From a virus, in the IMG/VR virus record IMGVR_UViG_3300027917_000012, positions 1 to 36,604 of that record: a DNA stretch of 36,604 nt. One strand, 5' to 3'. This document shows positions 17,619-25,537 of this stretch, piece after piece; the first letter of the stretch is position 1, and each line of letters begins with the position of its first letter. Under the pieces are notes generated by a model. It saw only the letters and a list, made by a program, of their open reading frames with translations. It searched no databases and was not told where the DNA came from. The translations under genes and the position numbers were made by a program.

Positions 17619-19472
17619 ATGGCGCACGCTGCGGAGCGACTGCCTGTCACGATTGACGGCAGGTCGTATTTGATCGAGACGGAAGGGTACAGTCGCACGA
17701 CTGTGCCGACTCTGCGTGAGCAGCGGGACACGTCGGGCGAGGCGGGCGAGCAGCGCCTGAATACCCAGTTTTGGGTGCGGTCGCAGACTGACTGGTCGTA
17801 CGGTGCCGGTCAGGAGTATTTCGATAACGACGATTCGGATCGTCGCCGGTTCTACACGTCGTCGGGCATTGACCCGTGGACGAAGGGCCAGGTGTCGTTG
17901 CTGCCTATCTGCGAGGACAAGGGCAACACGGGCGATGACGTGATTATGAAGGTGTTTACGAGCGGCAGCACGGACTACATGTATGTCGCTTCGGGCACCG
18001 ACCTGTACTACTCGCAAGATTTCGATACAGACACGCCAACGTGGACGCCGGTTACGGCTTTGGATACGCCAGAAACCATCACAGACTTCACGTCTGATGG
18101 CACGACCGTGTTCATTGCGTACGGTTCTGCACGCCACATGGCAGAAACCGACGTTGGAAGCACCGACCAACCGGATTCGCTGGGGTCGTCCGAGCCAGAC
18201 AAACTTCGATACGTCGGCGGCAGGCTAATCGAGCTAGACGGCAGCACAATCGAAGAGCTTGCCGCTAACGGCTCGGTGCTGGGATCTGCCACGTTCTCGC
18301 TGATCCACGGCAGCGTCTGGCAAGACGTGTGCGTCGGCCCTGTCGGCCTGTACGCAGCCGCCAACAGCAACGACACCGGCTCGCTCTACTTCCTTGCCGC
18401 CGGGTCTGACGGGGCGATCACAAGCCCGCAGCAGGTCGCTGATCTGCCTCGTGGCGAAACGATCAACGCCATCGAGTCGTACGGCGGTCTGCTCGTCATC
18501 GCGACTAGCAAGGGTTTGCGTGTCGCTGCGATGAACCAAGACGCAAGCGTTAGCTATGGACCCGTTATTGATAACGGTGGCGCTGCTTACTCGTTGGCTA
18601 CTGACGACCGGTTCGTGTGGTTCGGCACTGCTAACGGTCAGGTGTACCGGGCTGACCTGTCGGTGTTTACTGACACTCTGGTGCCAGCGTGGGCGACCGA
18701 TGTCGTGTCGACTGGTTCGACGCCTGGGAATGTGACGTGGGTGGCGCGTGTCGATGGCGAGACGTTCTTTGTGGATGCTGCGAACGGTGTGCAGGGCCAC
18801 GCTGCGTCGGGCGACCGGGTGGCGTCGGGCACGCTGACCGTTGGCGATGTGCGTTGGAACAGCCAGTTCGACAAGTCGCTGCGACAGGTCGAGGTGCGTG
18901 CGTCGCCTACGTTGGCGGTGACTGGCACTCGAACGTACGAGCAGGCTGGCGAAACCTATGACGACGCCGACCTCGTGTACGACGGTATTGCTACTCCGGT
19001 GCAGGGCACCATCAAAGTCACGTTCACGCCCGACACCGGCATTGACCTGAGCGTGTTGACGTTGACCGACCGGGCACCGCAGACGGTCGACTACAGCCTG
19101 TCTGACAAGTACACGGTCAAGTTCACGTTGGAACGCGACGGCACAGCTACGACCGCTGGCCCGAATCTGGAGTCGTGGCAGTTGTTGGCGTTCCCGGCCC
19201 CGACCCGTATTGACGAGATCGTGTTGCCGGTCGTGATGAAGAAACGTGTGGCGTCCTCGAGGGGGATGGGTGCTGCGGTGCAGCAGGATCCGCAGGGCGA
19301 GTACGACGCTTTGCGTGCGCTAATGACAGCGAAGCAAGTCGTGACGTATCAGGAAGGGTCGCGATCTGAGTCGGTGGTGATTGACCAGATGTCGATGTCT
19401 CCAGAGCATTTGTCGGCTGATGGCGACTGGTGGGAAGGCACCATGACACTCCGCATCCTGACTGTGCCGTAG
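17619..19472 (+). CDS. Large tail protein (617 aa). Possible nozzle, hub or tubular protein B-like
   Basis: Track ORF. Beta-rich sequence. The largest protein of the tail module. No motif-level identification. Confidence 0.55.
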   Translation: MAHAAERLPVTIDGRSYLIETEGYSRTTVPTLREQRDTSGEAGEQRLNTQFWVRSQTDWSYGAGQEYFDNDDSDRRRFYTSSGIDPWTKGQVSLLPICEDKGNTGDDVIMKVFTSGSTDYMYVASGTDLYYSQDFDTDTPTWTPVTALDTPETITDFTSDGTTVFIAYGSARHMAETDVGSTDQPDSLGSSEPDKLRYVGGRLIELDGSTIEELAANGSVLGSATFSLIHGSVWQDVCVGPVGLYAAANSNDTGSLYFLAAGSDGAITSPQQVADLPRGETINAIESYGGLLVIATSKGLRVAAMNQDASVSYGPVIDNGGAAYSLATDDRFVWFGTANGQVYRADLSVFTDTLVPAWATDVVSTGSTPGNVTWVARVDGETFFVDAANGVQGHAASGDRVASGTLTVGDVRWNSQFDKSLRQVEVRASPTLAVTGTRTYEQAGETYDDADLVYDGIATPVQGTIKVTFTPDTGIDLSVLTLTDRAPQTVDYSLSDKYTVKFTLERDGTATTAGPNLESWQLLAFPAPTRIDEIVLPVVMKKRVASSRGMGAAVQQDPQGEYDALRALMTAKQVVTYQEGSRSESVVIDQMSMSPEHLSADGDWWEGTMTLRILTVP

Positions 19473-19505
19473 AGTTATGCACAACACGACAGGGAGGTTG
19501 TGGAT

Positions 19506-20240
19506 ATGAAGAAGCTCGTGATCGACATTGAGACGAGTCCGAACCTTGCCTACATCTGGGGCCTGTGGAACCAGAACGTCGGTCTGAACCAGATCGAGAA
19601 GACTGGTTCGGTGATTTGTTTCGCTGCGAAGTGGCACGGCTCCAAGAAGGTGATGTTCTATTCGGATCATCATGACGGCCACGACGACATGGTGCTTGCC
19701 GCACACGAGCTACTGTCCGAGGCCGACGCTTTGATTCATTACAACGGCAAAGCGTTTGACGTGAAACATTTGCAGCGTGAGTTTTTGCTGGCCGGGTTTG
19801 GGCCTGCCGCCCCGCACGTTGACATTGACCTGCTGAAGACGGTCCGGTCGCAGTTCAAGTTTCCGTCCAACAAACTCACCCACGTCTCCGAAGCGCTCGG
19901 CATCGGCAAGAAGACCCCACACACCGGCTTTGATCTGTGGCGTGATTGCATGATGGGTGACGACAAAGCCTGGGCGTTGATGAAGAAGTACAACATTCAA
20001 GACGTGCGGCTCACAGAAGAGTTGTACGACCGTCTGCTGCCTTGGATCCCGAACCATCCGAACGTGGCGTTGGCTAACAACAAGCCGGACGTGTGTCCGC
20101 AGTGCGGCGGCGGTCCGCTTATATCGAACGGTGTGCGTGCTACGAAGTCGATGACGTACCGCAGGTTTCAGTGCATGGCTTGCGGCGCTTGGTCGAAGAA
20201 TCGTGTGGCTGAGCAGACTGCTCGACCTGATTATGTCTAA
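19506..20240 (+). CDS. RNase H-fold DEDDy 3'-5' exonuclease with a C-terminal zinc ribbon
   Basis: GGGAGG lies 9 nt upstream of ATG 19506. ExoI VIDIETSP, ExoII HYNGKAFDVKHL, ExoIII YNIQDVRLTEELY. C-terminal CPQCGG...CMACG. Confidence 0.7.
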   Translation: MKKLVIDIETSPNLAYIWGLWNQNVGLNQIEKTGSVICFAAKWHGSKKVMFYSDHHDGHDDMVLAAHELLSEADALIHYNGKAFDVKHLQREFLLAGFGPAAPHVDIDLLKTVRSQFKFPSNKLTHVSEALGIGKKTPHTGFDLWRDCMMGDDKAWALMKKYNIQDVRLTEELYDRLLPWIPNHPNVALANNKPDVCPQCGGGPLISNGVRATKSMTYRRFQCMACGAWSKNRVAEQTARPDYV

Positions 20241-20437
20241 CGCGCTTCTAACGCTCGCAGTCTGGCTTCGTGGTCGTTTAGCGTGTCCCGAACCCGATCA
20301 AAGTTCTCTTCGCCACGGGCCAGACGGACCTGGATGCTAATGAGGATCTTGCTGACCCATGCCATCCACGGCAGCAGCAGGATGCTGAGTATCGTTAGTA
20401 TTCCCGTCGCTGCGTCCACGGGATGAAACGGTAGCAC
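20237..20437 (-). CDS. Small membrane plus coiled-coil protein (66 aa, GTG start)
   Basis: Track ORF. One clear hydrophobic helix (GILTILSILLLPWMAWVSKILISI) followed by a charged helix. It overlaps the 3' end of the upstream ORF by about 100 nt in another frame. Confidence 0.45.
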   Translation of the reverse strand: MLPFHPVDAATGILTILSILLLPWMAWVSKILISIQVRLARGEENFDRVRDTLNDHEARLRALEAR

Positions 20438-20759
20438 ACCAAACCTGCATCAGTTCGGCTGCGAAGTCGGCGTCTAACACCGCTACCCGTCCGACCTGTC
20501 GGCCTTTCTCGGTGCGGCGATCGCCGTGGATCGCGAACAGCACCCACGGCTCATCCCCTGCGACTTTGCGGAGTTTGGGTATCCAGTCGAACAGTGCCCA
20601 GGTTTTGCGGAATTTGACTTCGACGGTGAATGGGCCGCACCAGATGTCGTGTGATTCTCGGGATGCTTCGGTGCGGTGAGCGTCAGGGAACCCTGCGTCT
20701 TGCAGTAGTGCGAGGATCTCGTTCTCGCCTGTGGTGCCTTTCTGCTTGGCTTTGCTCAT
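20337..20759 (-). CDS. PD-(D/E)xK nuclease, archaeal-Hjc-like Holliday junction resolvase candidate (140 aa from MSKAKQ)
   Basis: GGGAGGA RBS before ATG 20759. Pattern KGTTGENEILALLQDAGF...HDIW...VEVKFRK. The last 33 codons or so look non-protein-like and are overprinted by the next ORF. Confidence 0.5.
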   Translation of the reverse strand: MSKAKQKGTTGENEILALLQDAGFPDAHRTEASRESHDIWCGPFTVEVKFRKTWALFDWIPKLRKVAGDEPWVLFAIHGDRRTEKGRQVGRVAVLDADFAAELMQVWCATVSSRGRSDGNTNDTQHPAAAVDGMGQQDPH

Positions 20760-20775
20760 CTGGTAGTGTCCTCCC

Positions 20776-21975
20776 GTGCGGGCGTGGCGGCGGACCAGCA
20801 AAGCCCTGCTGGTGTTCTTCTACATTACAGCGTGGTTTGCGCCAGCAGCGCAGGCTTTGACGAGCGTCGCCCTAGGACCCGACCAGACCTATTACGACCA
20901 CGCCCTGACCCTGGACGGCGAGACGTTGCTGCATGTGACGTTTGATTCTGGTGTGGCTTGTGCCGAGTTCGATCACAGCACAATGATTGATCCGTGGCTG
21001 AGGTTGTTTGACGCCGACGGCAATATCGTGGCCGATGACGACGACGGCAACCACAACGAACAAGACAACTGCTACGGGTCAAAGCTGCATCTGACTCCGC
21101 CTGCTGGTGATTATGTACTCAGATTCCGAACGTACCAAGAGCAGTCTGGAGCATCTGTTCCAGAAGGCTCAGGAACCGTTGCCTGGTCTAGCGAGGGATA
21201 TTCCCCTCCAGCGACCACGACGACCACCTCGACTACGACGACATCGCCTACTACGACGACGACTACAACGACGACTACGACTACTACCGCAGCACCGACG
21301 ACGACGACAACGACTACGGTTGCGCCGACAACTACGACGACAGTCCCGGTGACTACGACGACGGAGGCTCCGCCATCTACCACTTCAACGACGACCACGA
21401 CGACTTCGACCACGGTGGCCCCGACGACCACGACGGTGCCGCCTACCACGACCAGTACGTCATTGCCGCCGACGACGACGATCCCGCCGACGACGACCTC
21501 AACGTCAACGTCTACTACTACGAGTACGACAACGACCCTGCTGCCTACGACGACCACATCGCCGCCTACCACGACAACCTCGCTGCCCCCCACGACAACG
21601 ATCCCCCCGACAACGACGACGACTCTCCTGCCGCCGCCTGACGACATCACCCCAGAAGTCATCGAGGACATCAACTACGAAGAGTTGTCAGACGATCAGA
21701 TCGGGCAGGTCGCAGAAGCGATCCAAGAAGCTGACGACGAAGTCAAAGAAGCGTTCGAAGCAGAAGTGGACATCTTCGCTGGCGCTACCGAGGAGTACGT
21801 CCCGGCTGGTAGCCGTGTGTCCGTTGAGGATCGTCGTGCGATCATTGCGGTACAATCTGCGGGTGTCGCTGTAGCAGCAGGTGCTGCGCGACCGAAGCCG
21901 CCTGCGCCTGTCACGCCAGGGTCGGCACCTACTACTGGAGGACCATCCCAAGGCTCTAGGAGTAGGAATGATTAA
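20776..21975 (+). CDS. Secreted protein: signal peptide, PPC-like (pre-peptidase C-terminal-like) domain, about 140-aa Thr/Pro linker, acidic C-terminal domain
   Basis: GTG start. MRAWRRTSKALLVFFYITAWFAPAAQA-LTS looks like a Sec signal with an AXA site. DPWLRLFDADGNIVADDDDG is PPC-like. Then a long poly-Thr tract. Confidence 0.7.
   Translation: MRAWRRTSKALLVFFYITAWFAPAAQALTSVALGPDQTYYDHALTLDGETLLHVTFDSGVACAEFDHSTMIDPWLRLFDADGNIVADDDDGNHNEQDNCYGSKLHLTPPAGDYVLRFRTYQEQSGASVPEGSGTVAWSSEGYSPPATTTTTSTTTTSPTTTTTTTTTTTTTAAPTTTTTTTVAPTTTTTVPVTTTTEAPPSTTSTTTTTTSTTVAPTTTTVPPTTTSTSLPPTTTIPPTTTSTSTSTTTSTTTTLLPTTTTSPPTTTTSLPPTTTIPPTTTTTLLPPPDDITPEVIEDINYEELSDDQIGQVAEAIQEADDEVKEAFEAEVDIFAGATEEYVPAGSRVSVEDRRAIIAVQSAGVAVAAGAARPKPPAPVTPGSAPTTGGPSQGSRSRND
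21211..21640 (+). repeat. Low-complexity (ACN/CCN)n tract encoding the poly-Thr/Pro linker
   Basis: Runs of acg/acc/act/aca codons with mixed synonymous usage, so the tract is coding and not a simple microsatellite. Confidence 0.85.
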
Positions 21976-22144
21976 ACGATTTGTGAAGGCGGTGCTGTTG
22001 GAGTCGTCTGCGCTGGCCTGGACGGTCGGCGGCGTCGGGCTGGTGCTGATTACGATGTCGGGCCGCACCCTTGAGTGGGGTCTGTGGATTGCTGGGGCGA
22101 GCTTGTTTGCTCACCTTGTGGGCGTGATCTTGAGCGACGACTGA
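21968..22144 (+). CDS. Small two-TM protein, holin or holin-accessory candidate (58 aa)
   Basis: Internal ATG of track ORF 21881..22144 with AGGAG upstream. MIKRFVKAVLLESSALAWTVGGVGLVLITMSGRTLEWGLWIAGASLFAHLVGVILSDD. Confidence 0.5.
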   Translation: MIKRFVKAVLLESSALAWTVGGVGLVLITMSGRTLEWGLWIAGASLFAHLVGVILSDD

Positions 22145-22159
22145 GCTAAGGTAGATACC

Positions 22160-22414
22160 ATGTTCTCTACCGTGCTACTCAAGGACTCAGCCGAACGTGC
22201 TGTCTCTACTTTTTGTCAAAGCCTTGTTGCTCTCGTCGGTACTTCTGGTGCTGGCCTGCTTAGCGTTGGTCTGGCAGACTCGGTAATGGCCTCTTTGGCT
22301 GCTGCTGCGCTGTCAGTCGTAAAATCCTATGCCGCTGTAAAGGGGCCAATCGGCGGCGCTAACCCGTCGATGGTCAACCTTGACGTGGCAACCGAAGCTG
22401 ACATGGACGACTGA
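22160..22414 (+). CDS. Holin (84 aa, resembles the r1t-type holins common in actinophages)
   Basis: LKDSAERAVSTFCQSLVALVG... N-terminal pattern plus hydrophobic helices. Lies immediately upstream of the endolysin and is coupled to it (TGATG). Confidence 0.6.
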   Translation: MFSTVLLKDSAERAVSTFCQSLVALVGTSGAGLLSVGLADSVMASLAAAALSVVKSYAAVKGPIGGANPSMVNLDVATEADMDD

Positions 22415-23040
22415 TGTCGCTTGACGCCAATTTGCGTGGGGTTCATCCGATTCTGGAGTTCCGTATCAGGGGCCTGCTGTCGGAGCCTGCGTTGAAGCGT
22501 TACGGGACGTACCCTGCCGTGCGGACGTACGCGAAGCAGAAGGCGCTACGGGACCGATACCTCCGAGGAGGCAATCTCGCAGCGTCGCCCGACCGTGTTC
22601 TGCGTACCGGCAAGAGCTTTCCGTATGCGTGGAAGCCTCGTGGGTCGTGGCATATGGAGCAGGCAGACGGGTACGGTCACGCTGTAGACTTGAAGCGTCC
22701 GGTCGGTGTGACTCGGGCGATGGCTGACCGTGCGGTCAAGCCGTACCTTGCTAAGTGGGGTTTGAAGCAGACTGTCAGCAGTGAGTGGTGGCATCTTCAG
22801 GCTCTTACAAGTTCGGGCTGGGTTGACGGCCCCTTACCAGAAAGCTCCGGCATGTTTCTGACCTACGACAGCAACACCGACGAATACCGAGTCGGTATCC
22901 CAGGCGAAGGCACCGCCGTCATCGACTCGCCCAATCATTGGCGAGAGGTGATCGCCAAGGGCCGCATGACCGGCGTGTACGAGTCGCCTCACATGGCTGC
23001 TCTGCTTGGTAAGATCCGTAAGGAAGCCAAGAAGAAATAG
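22414..23040 (+). CDS. Endolysin, zinc peptidase M15 (VanY / L-Ala-D-Glu peptidase-like), with a C-terminal extension
   Basis: SWHMEQADGYGHAVDL and SSEWWHLQ resemble the H..D / EWWH metal-ligand motifs of M15 peptidases. Located after the holins. Confidence 0.6.
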   Translation: MSLDANLRGVHPILEFRIRGLLSEPALKRYGTYPAVRTYAKQKALRDRYLRGGNLAASPDRVLRTGKSFPYAWKPRGSWHMEQADGYGHAVDLKRPVGVTRAMADRAVKPYLAKWGLKQTVSSEWWHLQALTSSGWVDGPLPESSGMFLTYDSNTDEYRVGIPGEGTAVIDSPNHWREVIAKGRMTGVYESPHMAALLGKIRKEAKKK

Positions 23041-23110
23041 TTGCGGGCATGGTGCGCAGGGAGATCCTGCGACGGGTTATGGTTTGGCCTGTTGAAACAC
23101 CCGCAATATG

Positions 23111-23146
23111 AAACCCCCCTGTTGAGCATTGCTCCAGGGGGGTTTT
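23111..23146. terminator. Bidirectional rho-independent terminator between the convergent late and middle operons
   Basis: AAACCCCCCTG (23111-23121) pairs with CAGGGGGGTTT (23135-23145), 13-nt loop, with A-run and T-run flanks. Confidence 0.8.
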
Positions 23147-23147
23147 C

Positions 23148-23363
23148 TTATTCTGGGAACATGTCGTCAACGGTGTCCGGCACAGCGAACCGGGCGCAGT
23201 TCTCAAGCGCGATCTCTGCGATTAGCTGCCACACAGCCCGTTCTTGGTTGATCGTTAGGTCGAGCCAGGGTTCGACGGTTGTTGCTGCGATGGGCACGTT
23301 GTCGAACTTGTCCCATCCGACCACGAGTAGTCCTGCGAAATCTTCGTCACCGTCGAAGTCCAT
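23148..23363 (-). CDS. Hypothetical acidic protein (71 aa)
   Basis: Track ORF. Its start abuts the upstream stop (TAAATG). Confidence 0.55.
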   Translation of the reverse strand: MDFDGDEDFAGLLVVGWDKFDNVPIAATTVEPWLDLTINQERAVWQLIAEIALENCARFAVPDTVDDMFPE

Positions 23364-23756
23364 TTACACAACATACCACTCAGGGTCAGCGGCTGGCTTC
23401 GTTAGTTTGAGCGGGCCGGTGCCGTAGGTGGGGCAGTGCGCGAAGTGTGGTTGTCGGTTGCCGTTGCGGTCGATGAGTGTGGGGCCGGAGCATTCGTGGC
23501 ATTGCATTTCGTTGCTGTCGTTGTCCCAGGATCGTTTGGGTCGTAGTCCTCGTGCCCGTGCCATGAGTGTGCCGAGCGGCGGCGGGAACTCGCGTCCTTC
23601 ACCGGCGTAGGCATCGAGCGCTTGGCGTACGAGGGTGGGGTGTAGGTCGCCTGCGTGTTGTGCCCATTCGTCTGCGGTCTGGGCGGTGATCTTCATCGCT
23701 GTGCCCCACAAGGTTTTTGCGTGGGCTACGAGGTCGGCTGCTTCGTGTCGTTTCAT
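23364..23756 (-). CDS. Hypothetical protein (130 aa) with a Cys/His cluster
   Basis: GGAGGAA RBS. The N-terminal helical part (W..A....T..W...L...V..AL...FPPPLGTL) is reminiscent of G39P-type helicase-loader domains, but this is weak. CHEC...HFAHC follows. Confidence 0.6.
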   Translation of the reverse strand: MKRHEAADLVAHAKTLWGTAMKITAQTADEWAQHAGDLHPTLVRQALDAYAGEGREFPPPLGTLMARARGLRPKRSWDNDSNEMQCHECSGPTLIDRNGNRQPHFAHCPTYGTGPLKLTKPAADPEWYVV

Positions 23757-23802
23757 CGTTCCTCCATTGTCTCTCTACCTCCAAAAGTGGTGTTTCCCCA
23801 GG

Positions 23803-23836
23803 TCACGCGCGTCATTTGACGCGTTCGTGACGCGTT
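23803..23836. promoter_or_regulatory. TGACGCG(TT) repeat cluster (possible operator) in a 78-nt intergenic region
   Basis: TGACGCGTT at 23817-23825 and 23828-23836 (11-bp phase), plus an inverted TGACGCG at 23808-23814. Confidence 0.35.
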
Positions 23837-24494
23837 AAGTGCACACCCAGTGTTGCCATCCGCCTTCGGGGGCGGCGAGTGCCAGCCATGCGCTGACCCA
23901 GATGTTTGCTGCGGGGTCGAACACGTCGGCCCCTGGCCTGCCTGCACGGTCGGCCCTGTCAGGCCAGTATCGAGTCAAATGTTGCATGAGTCCTGATGCG
24001 CTACTGTTGGGGTTCTTGGCGTCCGGTAGCCCTGCCGATTCGCATTGCATGATTCGGAGAAACCGATGAACGTCAGCATCGCCGCCGCCGAATGCAAAGA
24101 CTGCTTCTGTAACGGCTGGTCGCCAACGCTCCACGTTGTCCCAGAACACGGTGGGTGCCTGCGTTGTGGGTGCAGGCGGGATCGTTGTTGCCGGGACGGT
24201 TACTGTTGTGGACGTGGAGGGGATCGAACCCTCGTGACCCGCTGATGCAGTAGCCTCAGCAGCGAACCCGACGTTCACGCCCGTCTCCGACAATGTAGTC
24301 GATGAGGGCGGCACGGTCGTGGATGTCGGGGCCGTCGGTTTGGCGAGCGTAGGCTCGTAGTTCTGCGAGGTTGAGGTCGTGGACGGTAACGGGTCGTCCG
24401 CAGCGCATGCTGTCAGAAGCGTCAGGAGCGCCGCTGTTGCGTTCAAGACCCATCGCCGGTACCTGAGTCCATCTGTCGTCTCAGAAGCTCCCAT
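23835..24494 (-). CDS. Lipoprotein with an SLT-type lytic transglycosylase domain (219 aa)
   Basis: MGASETTDGLRYRRWVLNATAALLTLLTAC is a signal with an LTAC lipobox. An S/T/P linker follows, then IMQCESAGLPDAKNPNSSASGLMQH (ES...GLMQ signature). Confidence 0.65.
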   Translation of the reverse strand: MGASETTDGLRYRRWVLNATAALLTLLTACAADDPLPSTTSTSQNYEPTLAKPTAPTSTTVPPSSTTLSETGVNVGFAAEATASAGHEGSIPSTSTTVTVPATTIPPAPTTQAPTVFWDNVERWRPAVTEAVFAFGGGDADVHRFLRIMQCESAGLPDAKNPNSSASGLMQHLTRYWPDRADRAGRPGADVFDPAANIWVSAWLALAAPEGGWQHWVCT

Positions 24495-25174
24495 TGGCGC
24501 TCCTCGTCGTTCTGACGGGATTCCACGATCTCATCATCCCAGCACTCGTTGTTGAGCCACGTCGAAGCATGGAGAATGAACCCTGCTTCCACACGGCTGT
24601 CAAAGTCCCGGTACGTTCGCATAGCGTCCAGCAGGCGGTCATGACCGACCTTCTTCGCTGCTTTGGCATAAGCCCTCCTGGCTTCAGGCTTCCGCACCTT
24701 GCGTGGGTACTCGGCCCACCAGATGTCGAAGTCCTGTTGTTCGTTCGGTTGTTCATCCGCTTGCGGATGGACGATAGGAAATAAAGGTTCAGAACCACAT
24801 GGGTCTGGTTCTACTGGGTCTGGTTCAGGGGGAGACAAATTTGTCTCCGGGGGGGAGACACCGATGTCCTGGGGGGGTAGGACACCAGTGTCTCCCCTAA
24901 CACGCATCACCAAATACGTGTTGGAAGTCTGCGAACCGTTGTCTCGACTGCGTTCCGAGACACGAATCCACCCTTCGTCACGCAACTCCGCGATGCATCG
25001 CTGTACCGTCCGAGCAGACAGCCCGGTACGGTCACCGATGGTCGCTTTGCTAGGCCACGAAGTCTGGTGCTGGTTCGCAGCCTCGGCCAGCACAGCGTAG
25101 ACACACACTGCGCTGGCCGAGACGGTGCCAAGCATCCCGAGTGGGACGATGGCGAATGGGTGACTAACTGCCAC
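24443..25174 (-). CDS. Winged-HTH DNA-binding protein, replication-initiator or replisome-organizer-like (243 aa)
   Basis: GTG start after AAAGGGAGGAA. N-terminal wHTH (SKATIGDRTGLSARTVQRCIAELRDEGWI). C-terminal FDIWWAEYPRKVRKPEARRAY...STWLNNECWDDE pattern is common in phage replication proteins. Confidence 0.55.
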   Translation of the reverse strand: MAVSHPFAIVPLGMLGTVSASAVCVYAVLAEAANQHQTSWPSKATIGDRTGLSARTVQRCIAELRDEGWIRVSERSRDNGSQTSNTYLVMRVRGDTGVLPPQDIGVSPPETNLSPPEPDPVEPDPCGSEPLFPIVHPQADEQPNEQQDFDIWWAEYPRKVRKPEARRAYAKAAKKVGHDRLLDAMRTYRDFDSRVEAGFILHASTWLNNECWDDEIVESRQNDEERQWELLRRQMDSGTGDGS

Positions 25175-25322
25175 TTGGCAGTTCCTCCCTTTGGTAGATG
25201 CCGGTCAACAGGAACCGGCGTATCAACAACGAACGAGACACCCCGTCGTCCGCTGCGAGCTTGGTCAGGCGGTCGAGCACGTCTTTGGGTAGACGTAGCG
25301 TGACCGCAGTGTCATTGCTCAT
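25161..25322 (-). CDS. Ribbon-helix-helix (CopG/Arc-like) DNA-binding protein, 53 aa
   Basis: Not in the track. MSNDTAVTLRLPKDVLDRLTKLAADDGVSRSLLIRRFLLTGIYQREELPSGS. ATGA overlap with the upstream gene and a 14-nt overlap with the downstream GTG. Confidence 0.65.
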
Positions 25323-25537
25323 GCCTCAGCCCGCCGTTCCTCCTCGATCCAAGCTGCCACGTCTTGCAGGACATACTTGACGGAGCCACAAAGGCGGAAG
25401 CTGCGTGGACCCTGTCCTTTGGAGCGCCAGTTGGCGAGCGTGTGCACGTTAATGCCGATCAGTTCAGACAGTTCTTTAGGCGACACCATCTTAGGAATGC
25501 CATCAGGCCGCTTCTCGGCAGTGTTCGGTGTTTGCAT
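25319..25537 (-). CDS. Excisionase/MerR-like HTH DNA-binding protein (72 aa)
   Basis: VSPKELSELIGINVHTLANWRSKGQGPRSFRLCGSVKYVLQDVAAWIE matches the Xis/AlpA-type HTH pattern. Confidence 0.65.
   Translation of the reverse strand: MQTPNTAEKRPDGIPKMVSPKELSELIGINVHTLANWRSKGQGPRSFRLCGSVKYVLQDVAAWIEEERRAEA

Noticed and set aside
21211-21640. ACG/ACC-rich low-complexity tract as a microsatellite or assembly artefact
   Set aside because: It keeps one open frame for about 430 nt, uses all four Thr codons interspersed with Pro, Ser, Ala and Val codons, and joins two well-composed domains. This is consistent with a genuine poly-Thr linker.
23041-23427. 128-aa plus-strand ORF after the endolysin
   Set aside because: It starts within or after the bidirectional terminator, is antisense to two coupled minus-strand genes, and has a Ser/Gly/Ala-rich product that looks like noise.
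24256-24453. 65-aa minus-strand ORF overprinting the signal peptide and linker of the lipoprotein gene. Its segment LNLAELRAYARQTDGPDIHDRAALIDYIV looks like a SAP/Rho-N-type helix-extended-helix, and its ATG overlaps the upstream stop
   Set aside because: The lipoprotein frame (n-region, lipobox, S/T/P linker) is more convincing and has at least as good third-position GC by my hand count. The motif resemblance is short and could be chance. It is worth rechecking by conservation analysis but is not supported as a gene.
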